A stretch of 64,000 bases of DNA, from positions 282,531,542 to 282,595,541 of the forward strand of contig NC_058134.1 in NCBI RefSeq assembly GCF_016433145.1, read 5' to 3'. This DNA is from Gracilinanus agilis (taxonomy: Eukaryota). Shown in pieces: positions 22,092 through 35,063 of this stretch. Each line of letters starts with the position of its first letter. Position 1 is the stretch's first letter. Below the pieces are notes generated by a model, which made no database searches, was not told the DNA's origin, and worked only from the letters and a program-made list of their open reading frames with translations. Both the position numbers and the translations under genes were made by a program.

Positions 22092-22668
22092 GTGGATCTT
22101 TATCAGTCTGGTGGACACTATCATCAATTCTGCAGCTATAGACAAGACTTTTTGCTCCTTAGAAGTTTGCTGCTTGGACAATAACAAACACAAAGAGATA
22201 GAGGTAGCCAGATGCAAACAGCTGCCATAGCAGGGGATGGGGGCGTGACAAGCCTTTCCCCATCCATATCTGGAAAGCATCTCAGTAGGCCTGCCTCTCT
22301 CAAAGTGGAAAGAAAGACAGTAGTAGAGGGACAGATTGCCTTTTCTGTATCCTTATTGAATTCTGACTCAGAAGCCCCTGCATGATCAATTCTGGCTCAG
22401 CAGCCAACTAGGTCACTCTTTTACCACATAGTATAAGCCCCTGACTCATGCATGACCAGAAGAGGACATAAGCTGGGCGAAGATCCAGGAAAGGAGACTG
22501 AGACAGAGAAGTAGCCTGACAGGTAGAAGGAGACCAGGTGGGCAAGTGTCTTGGTAACCTAGAGAGAAGAGAATATCAGTTATGTCAAAGTCTGAAGAGA
22601 GGTCAGATAGAATGAACACTGAAAAAAGGCCATTCAATTTGGCAGTTAGGAGAAAGATCTTTGGAAGC

Positions 22669-22811
22669 NNNNNNNNNNNNNNNNNNNNNNNNNNNNNNNN
22701 NNNNNNNNNNNNNNNNNNNNNNNNNNNNNNNNNNNNNNNNNNNNNNNNNNNNNNNNNNNNNNNNNNNNNNNNNNNNNNNNNNNNNNNNNNNNNNNNNNNN
22801 NNNNNNNNNNN
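22669..22811. other. Assembly gap (143 N)
   Basis: Run of N within L2-like sequence. Confidence 1.
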
Positions 22812-23069
22812 GAATGATGAGGTTGGGAGCTGGGCAATAGAATTAAGGAGTGAGAGGGAAGGAAGTTTGGGATTAACATTCCAGAAGAGTCATCACTCAG
22901 TTCCTTCTTCTCCTTAAGACTTCTTCCTGTCATCAATATCCTACCTTGAATTTCAGAAGTTTTTTTTGTCCTTTGGTGGATCCAATCACTTCAGATGATA
23001 AAGTAATTATCTTATATACCAGAATGGTTTGGTTACCACTCTTTTTCTTTTTAAAAAAATTTTTTTTCT

Positions 23070-23230
23070 GGAGCAACTCAGTGGATAGAGGTTCAGGCCT
23101 GGAGTCTGGAAGATCTGGGTTCAAATGCAACCTCAGACACTTCCCAAATTTGTGACTGTGGACAAATCATTTAACCCCTATCACCCAGCCCTTACCACTC
23201 TCCTGCCTTGGAATCAATACATGGTATTGC
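23070..23230 (+). mobile_element. SINE1-family copy
   Basis: tRNA-like head and 'cccttaccactctcctgccttggaatcaatac' tail. Confidence 0.8.
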
Positions 23231-23234
23231 TCAC

Positions 23235-23915
23235 TTCATTTTCCATCAGTTCATGTAATTCTTAACAGGTTTTCCAAAATCATCTTGCACGAAAGCCGAT
23301 AGGTGTGAAGTAGTTCCTTGGAGTTGTTTTAATTTGCATTTTACTCATTTTAATTTAGAGCATTTTTTCACATGACTATGCATAGCTTTGATTTCTTGGT
23401 CTGAAAACTATCCATTCCAATCCTTTGACCATTTCTCAATTGGGGAATGACTTGTATTCTTATAAATCTGACTCAGTTACCTACATATTTGAGAAATGAG
23501 GCCTTTATCAGAGAAACTTACTGTAAAAAAACTTCCCCCCAGTTTTCTGCTTTCCTTCTAATCTCGGCTTCATTGGTTTTATTTGGACAAAAGCCTTTCA
23601 ATTTCATGTAATCAAAATTATCCATTTTACATCCCATACTACTCTCTTTCTCTTGTTTGGTCCTAAATTCTTTCATTTTCCATAGTTCATTATCCATGCT
23701 CCCCTAATTTGCTCACAGTGTCTAAATCATGCACCCATTTTGACCTTATCATAGATATTGGTCTATACCTAGTTTTTGCCAAACCCCTTTCTAGTTTTCC
23801 CCTGCAGTTTTTGTCAAATAGTAGGTTCTTGTCCCAAAATCTTGGATCTTTGGTCATTTGCTACTGTGTATTATATACTTAACCTATTCCATTGATCCAC
23901 CACTCTGTTTCTTAG
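23235..23915 (-). mobile_element. L1 ORF2 fragments
   Basis: T-rich antisense L1 ('ggtgtgaagtagttccttggagttgttttaatttgcatt'). Confidence 0.85.
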
Positions 23916-24048
23916 CCAAGATTTAGAATTGATACCAAGACAGAGGGTAAGGGTTTTAAAAATAATTTTAAATTTAAATTTAAAAATAACAAATACTAAA
24001 ATATACATAGTACTTACTATGTGTGCCAGGTTCTATGCTTAACTCTTT

Positions 24049-24250
24049 TTTGTTTTGTTTTGTTTTGTTTTTTTAAACCCTTAACTTCTGTGTATTGGCT
24101 CCTTGGTGGAAGAGTAGTAAGGGTGGGCAATGGGGGTCAAGTGACTTGCCCAGGGTCACACAGCTGGGAAGTGTCTGAGGCCAGATTTGAACCTAGGACC
24201 TCCTGTCTCTAGGCCTGACTCTCAATCCACTGAGCTACCCAGCTGCCCCC
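24049..24250 (-). mobile_element. Young SINE1-family copy inserted in a MIR/MAR1 element
   Basis: 15 bp TSD TATGCTTAACTCTTT at 24034-24048 and 24251-24265. Confidence 0.95.
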
Positions 24251-24479
24251 TATGCTTAACTCTTTACAAATATTATCTCATTTGATACTCACGATAACTC
24301 TGGGAGGTAGATGCCATTGTTATCCCCATTTTATAAATAGGGAAACTAAGACAAATAAAGTGACTTGCCCATTATCACATAGGTGATAAGTGTCTGAGAC
24401 TCAGTTTGTACTATGGTCTTCCTGACAGCACATTTGAAACTACCCACTGTGCCACCTAGTTGCTTCTATTGAATATTAT

Positions 24480-25990
24480 GTTTAAGAAATTAGGAGACAT
24501 GGTTTCAGATATGTGGAAAAACTTGTGTAGACAGATAACAGTGTAGCAAGCAGAACTAGGAGAACAATTTCTATTATATCAATATTATAAAAGCAAACCC
24601 ATTTTAATACAAATTAGTATTCATATTTTGATAAATATAGATTTTATCTTTTTATAGATTGTTACAAGTTGATAAAGAATAAGATAAGCAGAACCAAAAC
24701 AATTTATAAAATAGTAGCTCTGTAAAGACAACCTTGAAGAAAGCTGAAAGAACTCAGACGAACTCAGTGACCATTTGTAATTCCAGAAGCCCTGGGAAAC
24801 ATAACTACCTACTAACACTAGGGTGCAGACTTCAGTAGACATAGAATGAAGTAATTTGTTTTGCTTAATTGTGCATATTTGTTTCAAGGAATTGTTTTTA
24901 ATTGTTTTTAATTTTTAATTTAATTTATTTTAATTTGATTTAATTTAATTTTAATTTTTCATTTAAAAACCAAGTTTTAATTTTCCCAATGGAACAGGAG
25001 AGATAAAAATAGATACCTATCAATTAAAAAAACATTTTAAATAGCGAGTTGGGGAGAGAGATGAAATGTTGCATGCACTTTATAAAATTGGGTCAAATTC
25101 ATAAAAATGAGAACCTTTCCTAATTGCTAAATGGTCAAAGGATATAAACAGGCAGTTTTCAGAAGAAGAATATGAAAAATACTCTAAACCATTTTTGATT
25201 AGAAAAATGCAAATTAAAATAACTCTGAGGTACCACTTCATGTCTGTGAGGAATAAATACTGGAAGGGGATGAGGGGTAAATAGATAACACCATTGGACT
25301 TTTGGTAGAGTAGTAAAGTCCAACCATTCTGGAGAATAATTTGAAAATAGGCTCAAAGGTCAATGAACTATCCATACCCTTTTGCCACAACAACACCACT
25401 ACTAGGTCTCTATCGCTAAGAGGTCAAAGGAAAAGGACCCATATGCACAAAAATATTTACAGAAGCTCTTTTTTGTAGTGGTGAAGAATGGGAAATTGAG
25501 GGAAAGATCCTAAGTTGGGGAATGGCTGAACAAGTTGTGGCATATTATTGTGATGGAGTACTATTAGGCTATAGGAAATGGCAAGATTTACATGAATTGG
25601 TGCAAAGTGAAGTAAGAACAACTGGATGGACAATGTGAAAGACTTGACTACTCTGTTCTGTCCAGAGATCCCAGACAATTCCAAAGGAAAGAGGGAGGGA
25701 GAGAATTTGGAATTCAATTCTTTCTTTTTCTTGCTTTAAAAAAAAAAAAAAAAAAAAAAAGACTACTATGGAACTACGTTTTGCCTGATTTCACCTGTAC
25801 AATTGATATCGTATTTCTTGTCTTCTCAGGGGGTGGGGAAGGGGGTGGTAGGAAGGGAGAGAATTTGGAATTCAACATTTTTAAAGAATGTCAAAATTAA
25901 TAGTAATTTTAAAAGATTATTACATGTAATTGGAAAATATAAATGTAAGCTTGTTCCCTTAAAAAACAAAACCAAACAAAACCAAAAAAA
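24480..25990 (+). mobile_element. L1 3' fragments (two or more)
   Basis: ORF2 C-terminal and 3'UTR signatures with A-rich tails. Confidence 0.8.
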
Positions 25991-26089
25991 CTCCTGCCAC
26001 CCCAAGCTGCTTTCCCACAGCCCTCCGGGATTTAACTTTAGACCTTGGATCTGTAATCTCTTCCCCTGGCATCTGATTACTCGGGAGTC

Positions 26090-26240
26090 CCATTTTTTTC
26101 CCCGCCCCTCCCCCCAAACTTCGAGAGGCGGAGAGCAGCAAATTGCTCCGGGAGAGAGGGAGGGGCCTCAGCACTAAGGAGAGCATCCGAAATTCCAGAT
26201 AATCTCCAGACCCAGACCCGGACGAGCCACTTTCAGGCAG
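26090..26240 (+). promoter_or_regulatory. RDH16: CpG-rich candidate promoter and non-coding first exon of the RDH16-like gene
   Basis: GC box (CCCGCCCC) near 26100, CpG enrichment 26080-26730, ATG-free segment ending CAG|GTAATG at 26240/26241. Confidence 0.45.
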
Positions 26241-26920
26241 GTAATGTTTCTCCCTGGGGCTGACTGAAATGAAATGAGCCTGTGGCTTCTCTTCCTGGCT
26301 CCCTCGCCGTCCCCTCCAGGCATTCTCCAGCCCGAGGAGGGCGGAGGAACGGAGGGCTTTGAACTGGAGGGATCAGACCAAAGGACTTTTCTCCATTTTA
26401 CCCCCAACCTTTCACTCCTTCCGGCTTTAGCGGGGAGAGTTCTTCGGGGTGCTAGCCGAGGCAGAGCCTTTCCAGAGTTGAGTAACTTCTCCCAGTCTCT
26501 CCCTGGGATCTGACGAATGCCGCTGCATCTGCAGCCCAGTGAGGAAGTAGTGAGGGCCACTGCTCTCCTCCTTCTACTGATTCCTACTCATTTACTGCGC
26601 CCCTGTTTTGTCAGCAATAATAATGACTGAATTCCAACAAATATTAGAGACGAGGAGGAATAACAGCGACAGCCGGGGACATTTATAGGGCACTTCAATG
26701 GCTGCAAAATTGTTGTCCTCATGAGCGCAGGGAAACTTCCCTCCTTGTTTCTCCATCCCTCTCTGCCCCCCCCCCCACCAGAAGTTTTGATTGGACTGAG
26801 AGGGGGAGAGTTACCACCTAAAGGTGAGGGGTGGTACTAGGGAGAGTTTAAGGACACTGAATTATTGGGAAAGGGGGAATCATGGGATCTGGCTTGAGAG
26901 TGAGAAAGGACCCTGGTGAT

Positions 26921-27438
26921 CTGGGCTCATAAATCCCTGCGATGGCCACGGCAGCCGTGAAGTTAAAAGAAAGAAAGCTGTGGCAACTCTGGCTAGCATA
27001 CTCAAAAACAGAGACATGCCTTGCTGACAAAGGTCCATGTAGTCCAAGCTATGGTTTTTCCAGTAGCGATGTATGGCAGTGACCACTGGACAATGAGGAA
27101 AACTGAACAAGCAGAATCGATCCCTTGGACAGCAAGGAGATCAGATCAGTTAATATTTAAAGAAATTAATTTAGACTACTCAGTGGAAGGACAAATACTG
27201 AAATTGAAGCTTAAATACTCTGGCCACATATTGAGAAGATAGGACTCCCTGGAAAAGTCCCTGAAGTTGGGAAAGATTGAACGGACAAGAAGAAGGGGAT
27301 GGCAGAGGATGAGATGGGCAGATAAGAGTCGTGGAACCCATAAGTATGAGCTTGGAGAGATTTTGAGAGCTAGTGAAGGACTGAAGGGCCTGGAGTGTTA
27401 TGAGGTCATGACATCTCAACTGAATGACTGAACAACAA
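26921..27438 (+). mobile_element. BovB-like RTE LINE 3' end
   Basis: RT C-terminal remnant (TKVHVVQAMVFPVAMYG..WT) and 'ctgaatgactgaacaacaa' tail. Confidence 0.85.
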
Positions 27439-28138
27439 TCATTGATTTTATGCATAAGGGCAACAAGGACCTGACATAGTGGAAGATCAAGGTCACCTTA
27501 CATAAGAGGTTGTAAGTAGTAGGAGTGGCTGGCATTTGAAGGCAGGTCCTCTGTTTTAAGTTGGCACTCTTTCACTAGCCTATCAGAAGATGGAGAGGGA
27601 GACAATGCCCAAAGGGTGACAGGCAGCCAATTCATTTTTATATTTTTTGCTGAAAAGTGGATATTTACTCCTTGCCACTGTGAGGAGTGCTGGGGATTTA
27701 AAGCGGGGAAATCCCAGGTCCTCCCCTGAAGAAATGTTCAAACTAACAGTAAAGAGATTTAGACAGAAAGGCTGCTGTGTTTTGCTGAATATTGATTAGG
27801 TTATGTCATAGGAAAAAGTTTTCAGGGAGATATGCATCTGGGGCAACTCTTTTTCAATAATGATTTTAGTCAGCAGAGATTCCTGTGTGTGGGCAGAGGG
27901 AAGGGTGGAGCACAAGTAGAACAATCTTTGGGCACCCCTTGGAAGGCAGTGCCAAAGAACAGAAAATCAGGTCACTCATTAGTATAATAATGCCTACCAA
28001 GGCGGCTTCTGAATTTGTAGAAACATTAGTAGTGTCTCACGCTGGGGACAACAACCAAAGCCACTGGAAAGGATAGACAGCAGACTCCTTCACTGACCCT
28101 GACCAATTATCCTGTTCTACTCTCTGTCTCTTATAGAT

Positions 28139-28451
28139 ATGTGGTTCTATCTGGCTGGCCTCATTGGCCTCTACTATCTCTTTCGTTGGTACCGGGAGAG
28201 GCAGGTGGTGAGTAACCTTGGGGACAAATATGTCTTCATCACCGGCTGTGACTCTGGATTTGGGAACCTGCTAGCCAAGCAGCTGGACCTTCGAGGCCTG
28301 AGGGTGCTGGCAGCCTGTCTGTCGGAGAAAGGGGCCAAGCAGCTGAGGTGTGAGACTTCAGAGAGGGTAGAGACAGTGATCCTGGATGTAACCAAGTCTG
28401 AAAGCATCACAGCAGCTGCCCAGTGGGTGAAGGAACGCGTGGGAAATAAAG
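28139..28451 (+). CDS. RDH16: RDH16-like retinol/3-alpha-hydroxysteroid dehydrogenase, coding exon 1 (313 nt)
   Basis: MWFYLAG... with N-terminal membrane anchor and TGCDSGFG cofactor motif. Donor AAG|GTATAA. Confidence 0.93.
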
Positions 28452-31400
28452 GTATAATCCAGATTTCTTCATTCAGTTTGTTTCTGGAGAAATTCAATTT
28501 GGCGTCTATAAAGTGCTTTCTCTGTGCAAAGTACTGTCCTAGGTAAACTAAGACACTGTTTTTACTTTTAATGAGATTGTATAGTCTAATATGGAGCTTA
28601 CATGTACTCAAATCATCTAGAATACAAAGGACAGTGAGATAAACTCAAAGGAGAGCAATCCAAATCCGTAGGGGAAATTGCAGGAGGCTGCAATCACTTT
28701 TAGCAGGCTAGTCTAGTAAAGCTGCATGGAGAAGCTCGGAGATGTTTCAACAGATAGACCTGGGGAAGGAGGCAGTCCATGTCAAGTATGCAGTGGGAGA
28801 GTGGTGGTATGAGTTGAGCAGGTGAATGGAAATAGTAGGATGAGTATGGGGACTCTGGGTTGTCAAGGGGAGCTAGAAAGTTGAGCACCTGAGGTAGCAG
28901 TGTGAGGGAAAGGATTGTGTAAGAGATTGAATGCTGGGATCAGCAGTTTCTATGCATTCTGTAGATAATGGGGAGGCATGGGAGATTTTTAGGCAGAGGA
29001 TTACCATGATTGCATTGTTGCTTTGAGGGAAAGATTGAAGGAGACTTCTTCCAGATCACAGAGGATGTTTCTGAACTCGAAGTGGGAGCAGAGGAAAGCA
29101 GGAATTTTATCCAAGAGATAACTAGGATGATTTCAATTATGTTCTACATTTTCAGGGGTCATTTATTCACTTCTAAAAATTGGAAAGTGTAGAAAATTCA
29201 AGTGACTCCTGACTTTGGGCCGTGGTAGCAAGTCAAAGAACAGAAAACCAGTATGATAGTACCACAATAAGCCAGCTCCTGAATTGGTAGAAATGTTAAT
29301 ATCTCATACAAATTTGTCGTTTGGCAAATGTCTCCATGCCTAGCATGAACTTGTTTCTCCTTTGAACCTAACACTTAGAAGCTGGCATTTATACTGATGG
29401 TTTGTCGTTTTTGACACTTCCCTCCTACAGAAAATTGTTCTGCTATCTCACAAGTGAGCCTCTGATTCCACCCATATACAGTGAGCTTCCTAAAAGCTAG
29501 GGTCATCCTAGCCTTTTCTTTGCAGATTATGCTCCATGCCTCTTCTAGTCAGTCAGTCAATCAGCTTTCATTTAGCTCCTACAACGTGCCAGGCACTGTA
29601 CTAAGCTCTGGGGTTACAAAAAGAAGCAAAAGACAGTCCCTGCCCTTAAAAACTCACACTCTAATGAGAGAGACAAAAAGCAAGCACATCTACCCAAACT
29701 TCCCTCAAGGATCCCTTCTCTGGCTAATCCTAGATAGTTCCTTTCTCTAACCATCCCTCTTCCCCCAGTAAACTGTCTCTTCTGTATCAAATATTAGATG
29801 AAAAAAAAATGAGCTTCTGCCCACCTCAGCCACCTTCTTTTCAGCCAATTCAGAGTGAGGGGTGGAGGGTCAACAGAACTACAGTATGTCTTTAAATGCC
29901 TCCCAGCAACAATGACTCCATTAATAGAGGACTTTGTGGTTTCCAATGGGCTTTCACATGCATGAACTCCAGGTAGATGGTGTACAGAGTCTGGTGACAA
30001 GGTCTCACCACCCTTGGCAAGTATGATTATGGCTGTTTAATAGATGAAGAAGTTGAAACCTAGAATACCCACCCAAAGCCACCCAGCTGCTCCGAGATAG
30101 GAACCCCAGATCTTCCTGACTCTGGAGATGGGTAACATGAAGCCCATTCCATGATCCTCATTCCAGAGGAGTTCAGGATGCAAAATAGCCCGACCAAAGG
30201 TTTAGAGTGGAAATGGGCAATGATGTGTTTTAGGAATGGTGAGGAAACTGGGTTAAGTGGCATGGGGAAAGTTGGGGCAGGGTAAGAAGTAGAAGCCACA
30301 ATGGGTAAATAGTGTCACCTGCTAGGCCTTTAAGAAGAGTTTGGACAACAGTAGGAAACACATTCCTGTAGAGAGGCTGGGCATGACTAACTCTTCCAGA
30401 AACCTCAAGAACCAACTCCACCTCAGCCTTACCATTTACCTCTAATTCCTTTTCCCTCAGTCATTGTATGTCTTGTCTATCGTGGGCCAGAGTCTTCTCT
30501 GCTTTGGGCTACAGGCAGAAACTGTCCTTACTTTCTTATCTCTGCTTCTAGAGTCCTGAGATGGGGTTTTGTACACAGGATGGACAGTCTCCATTGCTAC
30601 CTGACTTGAAAAGGTTAAAGGCTAATAGAGGTAGGAAAGGGAAGGCCAGAGAATAGAAAGAAGAGTGAGTGTGCTTCAGCCTTTGTAGATCATTCTCTGT
30701 TTGAAGGGAAGCCGCCTTTCTCAGATTTAGAGTCAGAAAGAATCCTAGGGGTTCTTAACCTAGACTCTATGATCTTAGGGTTTTTTTTTAAATTTTGATA
30801 ACTATGTCAATATCATTGATTTAACTTTGTATTTTGTTTTATGCATTTAAAAGGAGGTCCAGAGTTTTCACCAGACTGCCAGAAGATAAATTAAGAATCT
30901 TTGATATTTCAACCCCTTCATTTATGAGTAAAAAAACTGAGACCCAAAGAGGTGAACTCCCCACAGTTGCCTAAATAATAAATTGTAAAGCCAGGATTTC
31001 ACAGTATAGATCAGTCAATCATCAAACATTTATTAAGTGCCTGCAGTGTGTGGGCACTGTGCTAGGCATTGAGGATATAAATACAAATGAGATGATCCCT
31101 ACTTTTAAAGAGTTCATTTCCTTTTTTTAATTATTTTTTTTTCATTAGTAAAAATGTACTCTCTCTTTCTCCCATCTGACTCTACCTCTAATTGAGATTG
31201 AAAAAAAAATGCACACACATACACACATACTTTTCATTCTACACTCTACCCTTCAGGTGTCCATTGTGTTTCATCATTAGTCCACAATTAGAATTGTGAT
31301 TAGTCATTCTATTGATCTGAGTTCCTAAGTCTTTCAAAGCTATTTTCCTCTAGAATATTGTCACTGTTACAGATTTGTTCTACTGATCCTGCTCATTTCA

Positions 31401-32696
31401 CTGTGCATCAATTCACACAAGTCTTTTGAGGTTTGTCTGAAACCATTTCCTTCATCATTTCTTATATCGCAAAAGTATCCCATCACATATATGTACTATA
31501 ACTTGTTACTCAATTATTACCCAATTAGTGGATACCACTTTCTGTCTCAGAAAAAAAAGCTGCTATAAATATATTTTTTAATTCATTAAAGTTTGTTTTG
31601 CTTAGGACTTATCTCTCCCTTAACCTATCTTCCTTTTAATTTCCCCTTTCCCTCTTATTTCCCTATTGAGTGAAGTGTATTTCTATGTCCAAATCTGTGA
31701 GTGTTTGTGTATTCTCTTTGAGCAGTTCAGACAAGAGTGAGGTGTCCTTGTTTGTATAGACTTCTATTTTTGTACTCTGATTATTTGTGGACTAGAGTGA
31801 GGAGAGACAAGCAAAGGTACCACTGAGGACACCATTGCTATAGTAGAGGTGAGATGAGGGTGTCATTAAGGTGGTAATGGGATAGCTGTGTTGGTGATTC
31901 TATGTGCATGCCAAAGAGGACTGTTCCCTTTCCCCTCTCCATTTGCACCTAAAGACATTTCTCACATCACTGGTCCCTCTACCCAGCAGCCCAATGAGAG
32001 CGCTTCCTTCCTCCCCAGTCTAGGGTAAAGTGGGGGATCACATGTGTGTAAGAGTTGCAGTTTGGGCACTCGGTCTCTAAAAGGTTCACTATCACTGGGA
32101 TAAAGAGAGAAAGAGACAGAAAGACAGAGACACAGAGAGACAGACAAAGACAGAGACCAAGAGAAGGGCTTGGAGGCAAGAAATATGGAGGTAGAAAGGG
32201 CAAGGTTTGGTAACTAGTTGCATACATAGAATAAGGGAAGATGAGGAGTCCAAGATAATAAGGGAGTTATTCCAAGGACTATTCCAACACTGGGATGCCT
32301 TTGCTAGAAATAGGGGAAAGTTCAGAAGAGGCAGATTTGAGGGAAAGGTTGAGTTTTGTTTAATCATCTAATTTGTCAAAGAAAAATATTAATACTCTAC
32401 TCTGAGTTTAGGCCTAAGGCTGCCAGAAATAAAATTAACTCATCACTATTCTAAATTTAATGTGTGTGTGTGTGTGTATTTGTGAGAAAGAGAAAGACAG
32501 AGAGAAAAAGAGATCCAAATTGATCCGAAGTCTCCTCTCATGCCTTTGGATATGTTTCTAATACAAGATAATTTGAAATAACATTTAAAAGAATATTGAA
32601 CAAGAATAAGAATGATTTCATGATAGAATAAAAAAGTTATATAGTTTAATATTCTACTTCAACTAATAGTCATTTAATCTTTAAAGAATACCCTTG

Positions 32697-32952
32697 AGGG
32701 GGGCAGTGAGGTGGCTCATTGGATTGAGAGCCAGGCATAGAGAAGGGAAGTCCTGGGTTCAAATTTGGCTCAAGACACTTCCTAGCTGTGTGACCCCGGG
32801 CAAGTCACTTAACCCCAATTGCCTAGCCCATACCACTCTTCTGCCTTTGGAACCAACAATGAATATTAATTCTAAGATGGAAGGTAAGGATTTTTAAAAA
32901 AAGAAAAGGAAAGGAAAGGAAAGGAAAGGAAAGGAAAGGAAAGGAAAGGAAA
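32697..32952 (+). mobile_element. SINE1-family copy with (GGAAA)9 tail
   Basis: Full SINE followed by a pentamer microsatellite at 32908-32952. Confidence 0.9.
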
Positions 32953-33228
32953 AAGAATACCTTTGGCCTCATCAGCATCAGGGTCAGAAAGCTAGTCCAA
33001 GTAGACCAAAGGCTTAGGAGTGGCTCTCTTATGTTTTAATGATCTTCTAAGAAGAATTGAAAGAGAGGCCAAGAGTAATACACTATTGGGGTGAGGAGGA
33101 ACAGAAAGGAAGTTTAGGAGAAATCATCTAAAAGAATGGGATAGATAAAGAGAAGTCAAGGAGGGAGGAGTGTAGGGAACAGGTAACCCTTAAACCTTAA
33201 TTCATCTGAACTAGCCAAGAAGGGAAGA

Positions 33229-33235
33229 ACACACA

Positions 33236-33278
<43 letters not shown>
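33229..33278. repeat. (CA)n microsatellite, one interruption
   Basis: Direct reading. Confidence 0.95.
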
Positions 33279-33283
<5 letters not shown>

Positions 33284-34079
33284 TGAGGTACAGAAATGCA
33301 TTTCATTCAGTGAGGAAACCAAGGGAGAAGGGGAGGTGGGGGCATAGATTAAGAGAGGGGTCAGTCCTAAGCAAAACCAATTCAGAACTCCCCAAAATAC
33401 TGAGAGCAGCACTTTCCGAGGCAGCAATGATTGTGCTCAGGAGCAGCCATCAATTGGGCAAGGGTGGAATGAGCTCTAACCTAGTAATGCAGTTCTGCTG
33501 GAAGAAAGGAGGAAGTCTGATTACAATATGGATAATTGCAGGTAAGTCTGGAAAGCAGTTAAGGCTGGAGAAAGCTTGGTTTCTTAATGCTTTTTGTTTG
33601 CATTTTTTCCAAAGAGCTTGTAGACTGGAGAGAGAAAGAAAAAAAGGAAAGAGGAGAGGGAAGCCCAAGACAGAGCCTTGGGGTACAGTCACAATCCGGC
33701 AGAAGGATGTGTCTGATGATCATCAAAGGAGACAGAGGAAACAAAGAGAGATTGTATGGTAGGAAGAATCACTGGTGTTTGATCAGTAGTGTCAAGCCAT
33801 GCCGAGAAGCCAAGCAAGATGAGAGCTGGGAGATGATCATCAGGCTTGACACTTAGAGACTGATGGTAGCCTAGGAGAGAGAAATTTCAGTTGAAGGATA
33901 AATTCCAAAGGGTAGAAGAGTGATTGAGAGCAGAGGAAGTGGAGTCGATGAGTACGGACATCTTTTTCTAAGAGAGACAGAGATGATAGCCTGACATAGT
34001 CTAGTCAAGGTGTAGGGGTGTACTGTTGATTTTTTTAAAGGATAGAAGAGATTTGTACATGTTTGAAAGTAATCTGAAG

Positions 34080-34285
34080 AGGGACAGCCAGGTGGCTCAG
34101 TGGATTGAGAGCCAGGCACAGAGACAGGAGATCCTGAGTTTAAATCTGGCCTCAGATACTTCCTAGCTATGTGACCCTGGGCAAGTCACTTAACCCCCAT
34201 TGCCTACCCCTTACCACTCTTCTGCCTTAGAACCAATACACACAATTGATTCAAAGACAGAATGTAAGGGTTTAAAAAAAAATAA
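34080..34285 (+). mobile_element. SINE1-family copy inserted in L2
   Basis: Full SINE. Flanking direct repeat AAAGTA(A/G)TCTGAAGAGG. Confidence 0.9.
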
Positions 34286-34792
34286 AAGAAAGTAGTCTGA
34301 AGAGGATGAAGATTATAGAGAGAAGTTCTAACCCTTTATTTTTCAGATGAGGAAAAAGAAGCCAAGAGATGTAAGGTGATTTACCTAAGGTGGGATTTGA
34401 ACCCATCACCTAACTTCTGAGTCAGCACTCTCCATCCTCTCTCATATGGCTTCTCTTTCTGTCCTCTCATCCAAAGAATCCTGTGGGGCAGAAGAGAGGA
34501 GGCTGCCAAACCCTTTTTAATGAAATAATTAGGTATTGCTGCTAGTTTTATTGAAATTGGAAAGTTTTATTGAAATCCTTTTTTTAGACTAGTCATTTCC
34601 TAATATTGCTCCCCAACTACAGAGCCCTCCATTATAACAAAAATAACCAAAAAAGCTAAGCAAAAGGAATTGAACCATGTCGGACAGACAGCATGTTCGA
34701 CATTCTATGTCTGTAGCAGACGAAGAGGAGGGAGGTGTGGTTCATCATTTCTTCTCAGGCACTATATTGGTCATAAAAGTATGATAAATTTA

Positions 34793-35063
34793 GGCAGCTG
34801 AGTGGTGCAGTGGATTGAGAGCCCAGCCTGGATTCAGGAAAACTCATCTTCCTGAGTTCAGATCTAGCCTCAGACACTTCCTGAGTGACACTGGGTGAGT
34901 CACTTTATCCTGTCTGCCTCAGTTTCCTCACTTGTAAAATGACCCGGAGAAGGAAATGGCAAATCACTATAGTACCTTTGCCAAAAAGAAAAAAAAGAAC
35001 CCAGATGGAGTCATAAAGATGGGGGCAATCAGACATGATTGAAAAAGCAACCCAAACAACAAT
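34793..35063 (+). mobile_element. MAR1-type SINE (CORE plus RTE-like tail)
   Basis: CORE followed by 'ggagaaggaaatggcaaatcac...aaacaacaa'. Confidence 0.85.

Noticed and set aside
28452-28546. Read-through of RDH16 exon 1 giving a 135 aa ORF
   Set aside because: Homology stops at the canonical phase-1 donor; the rest is intron.
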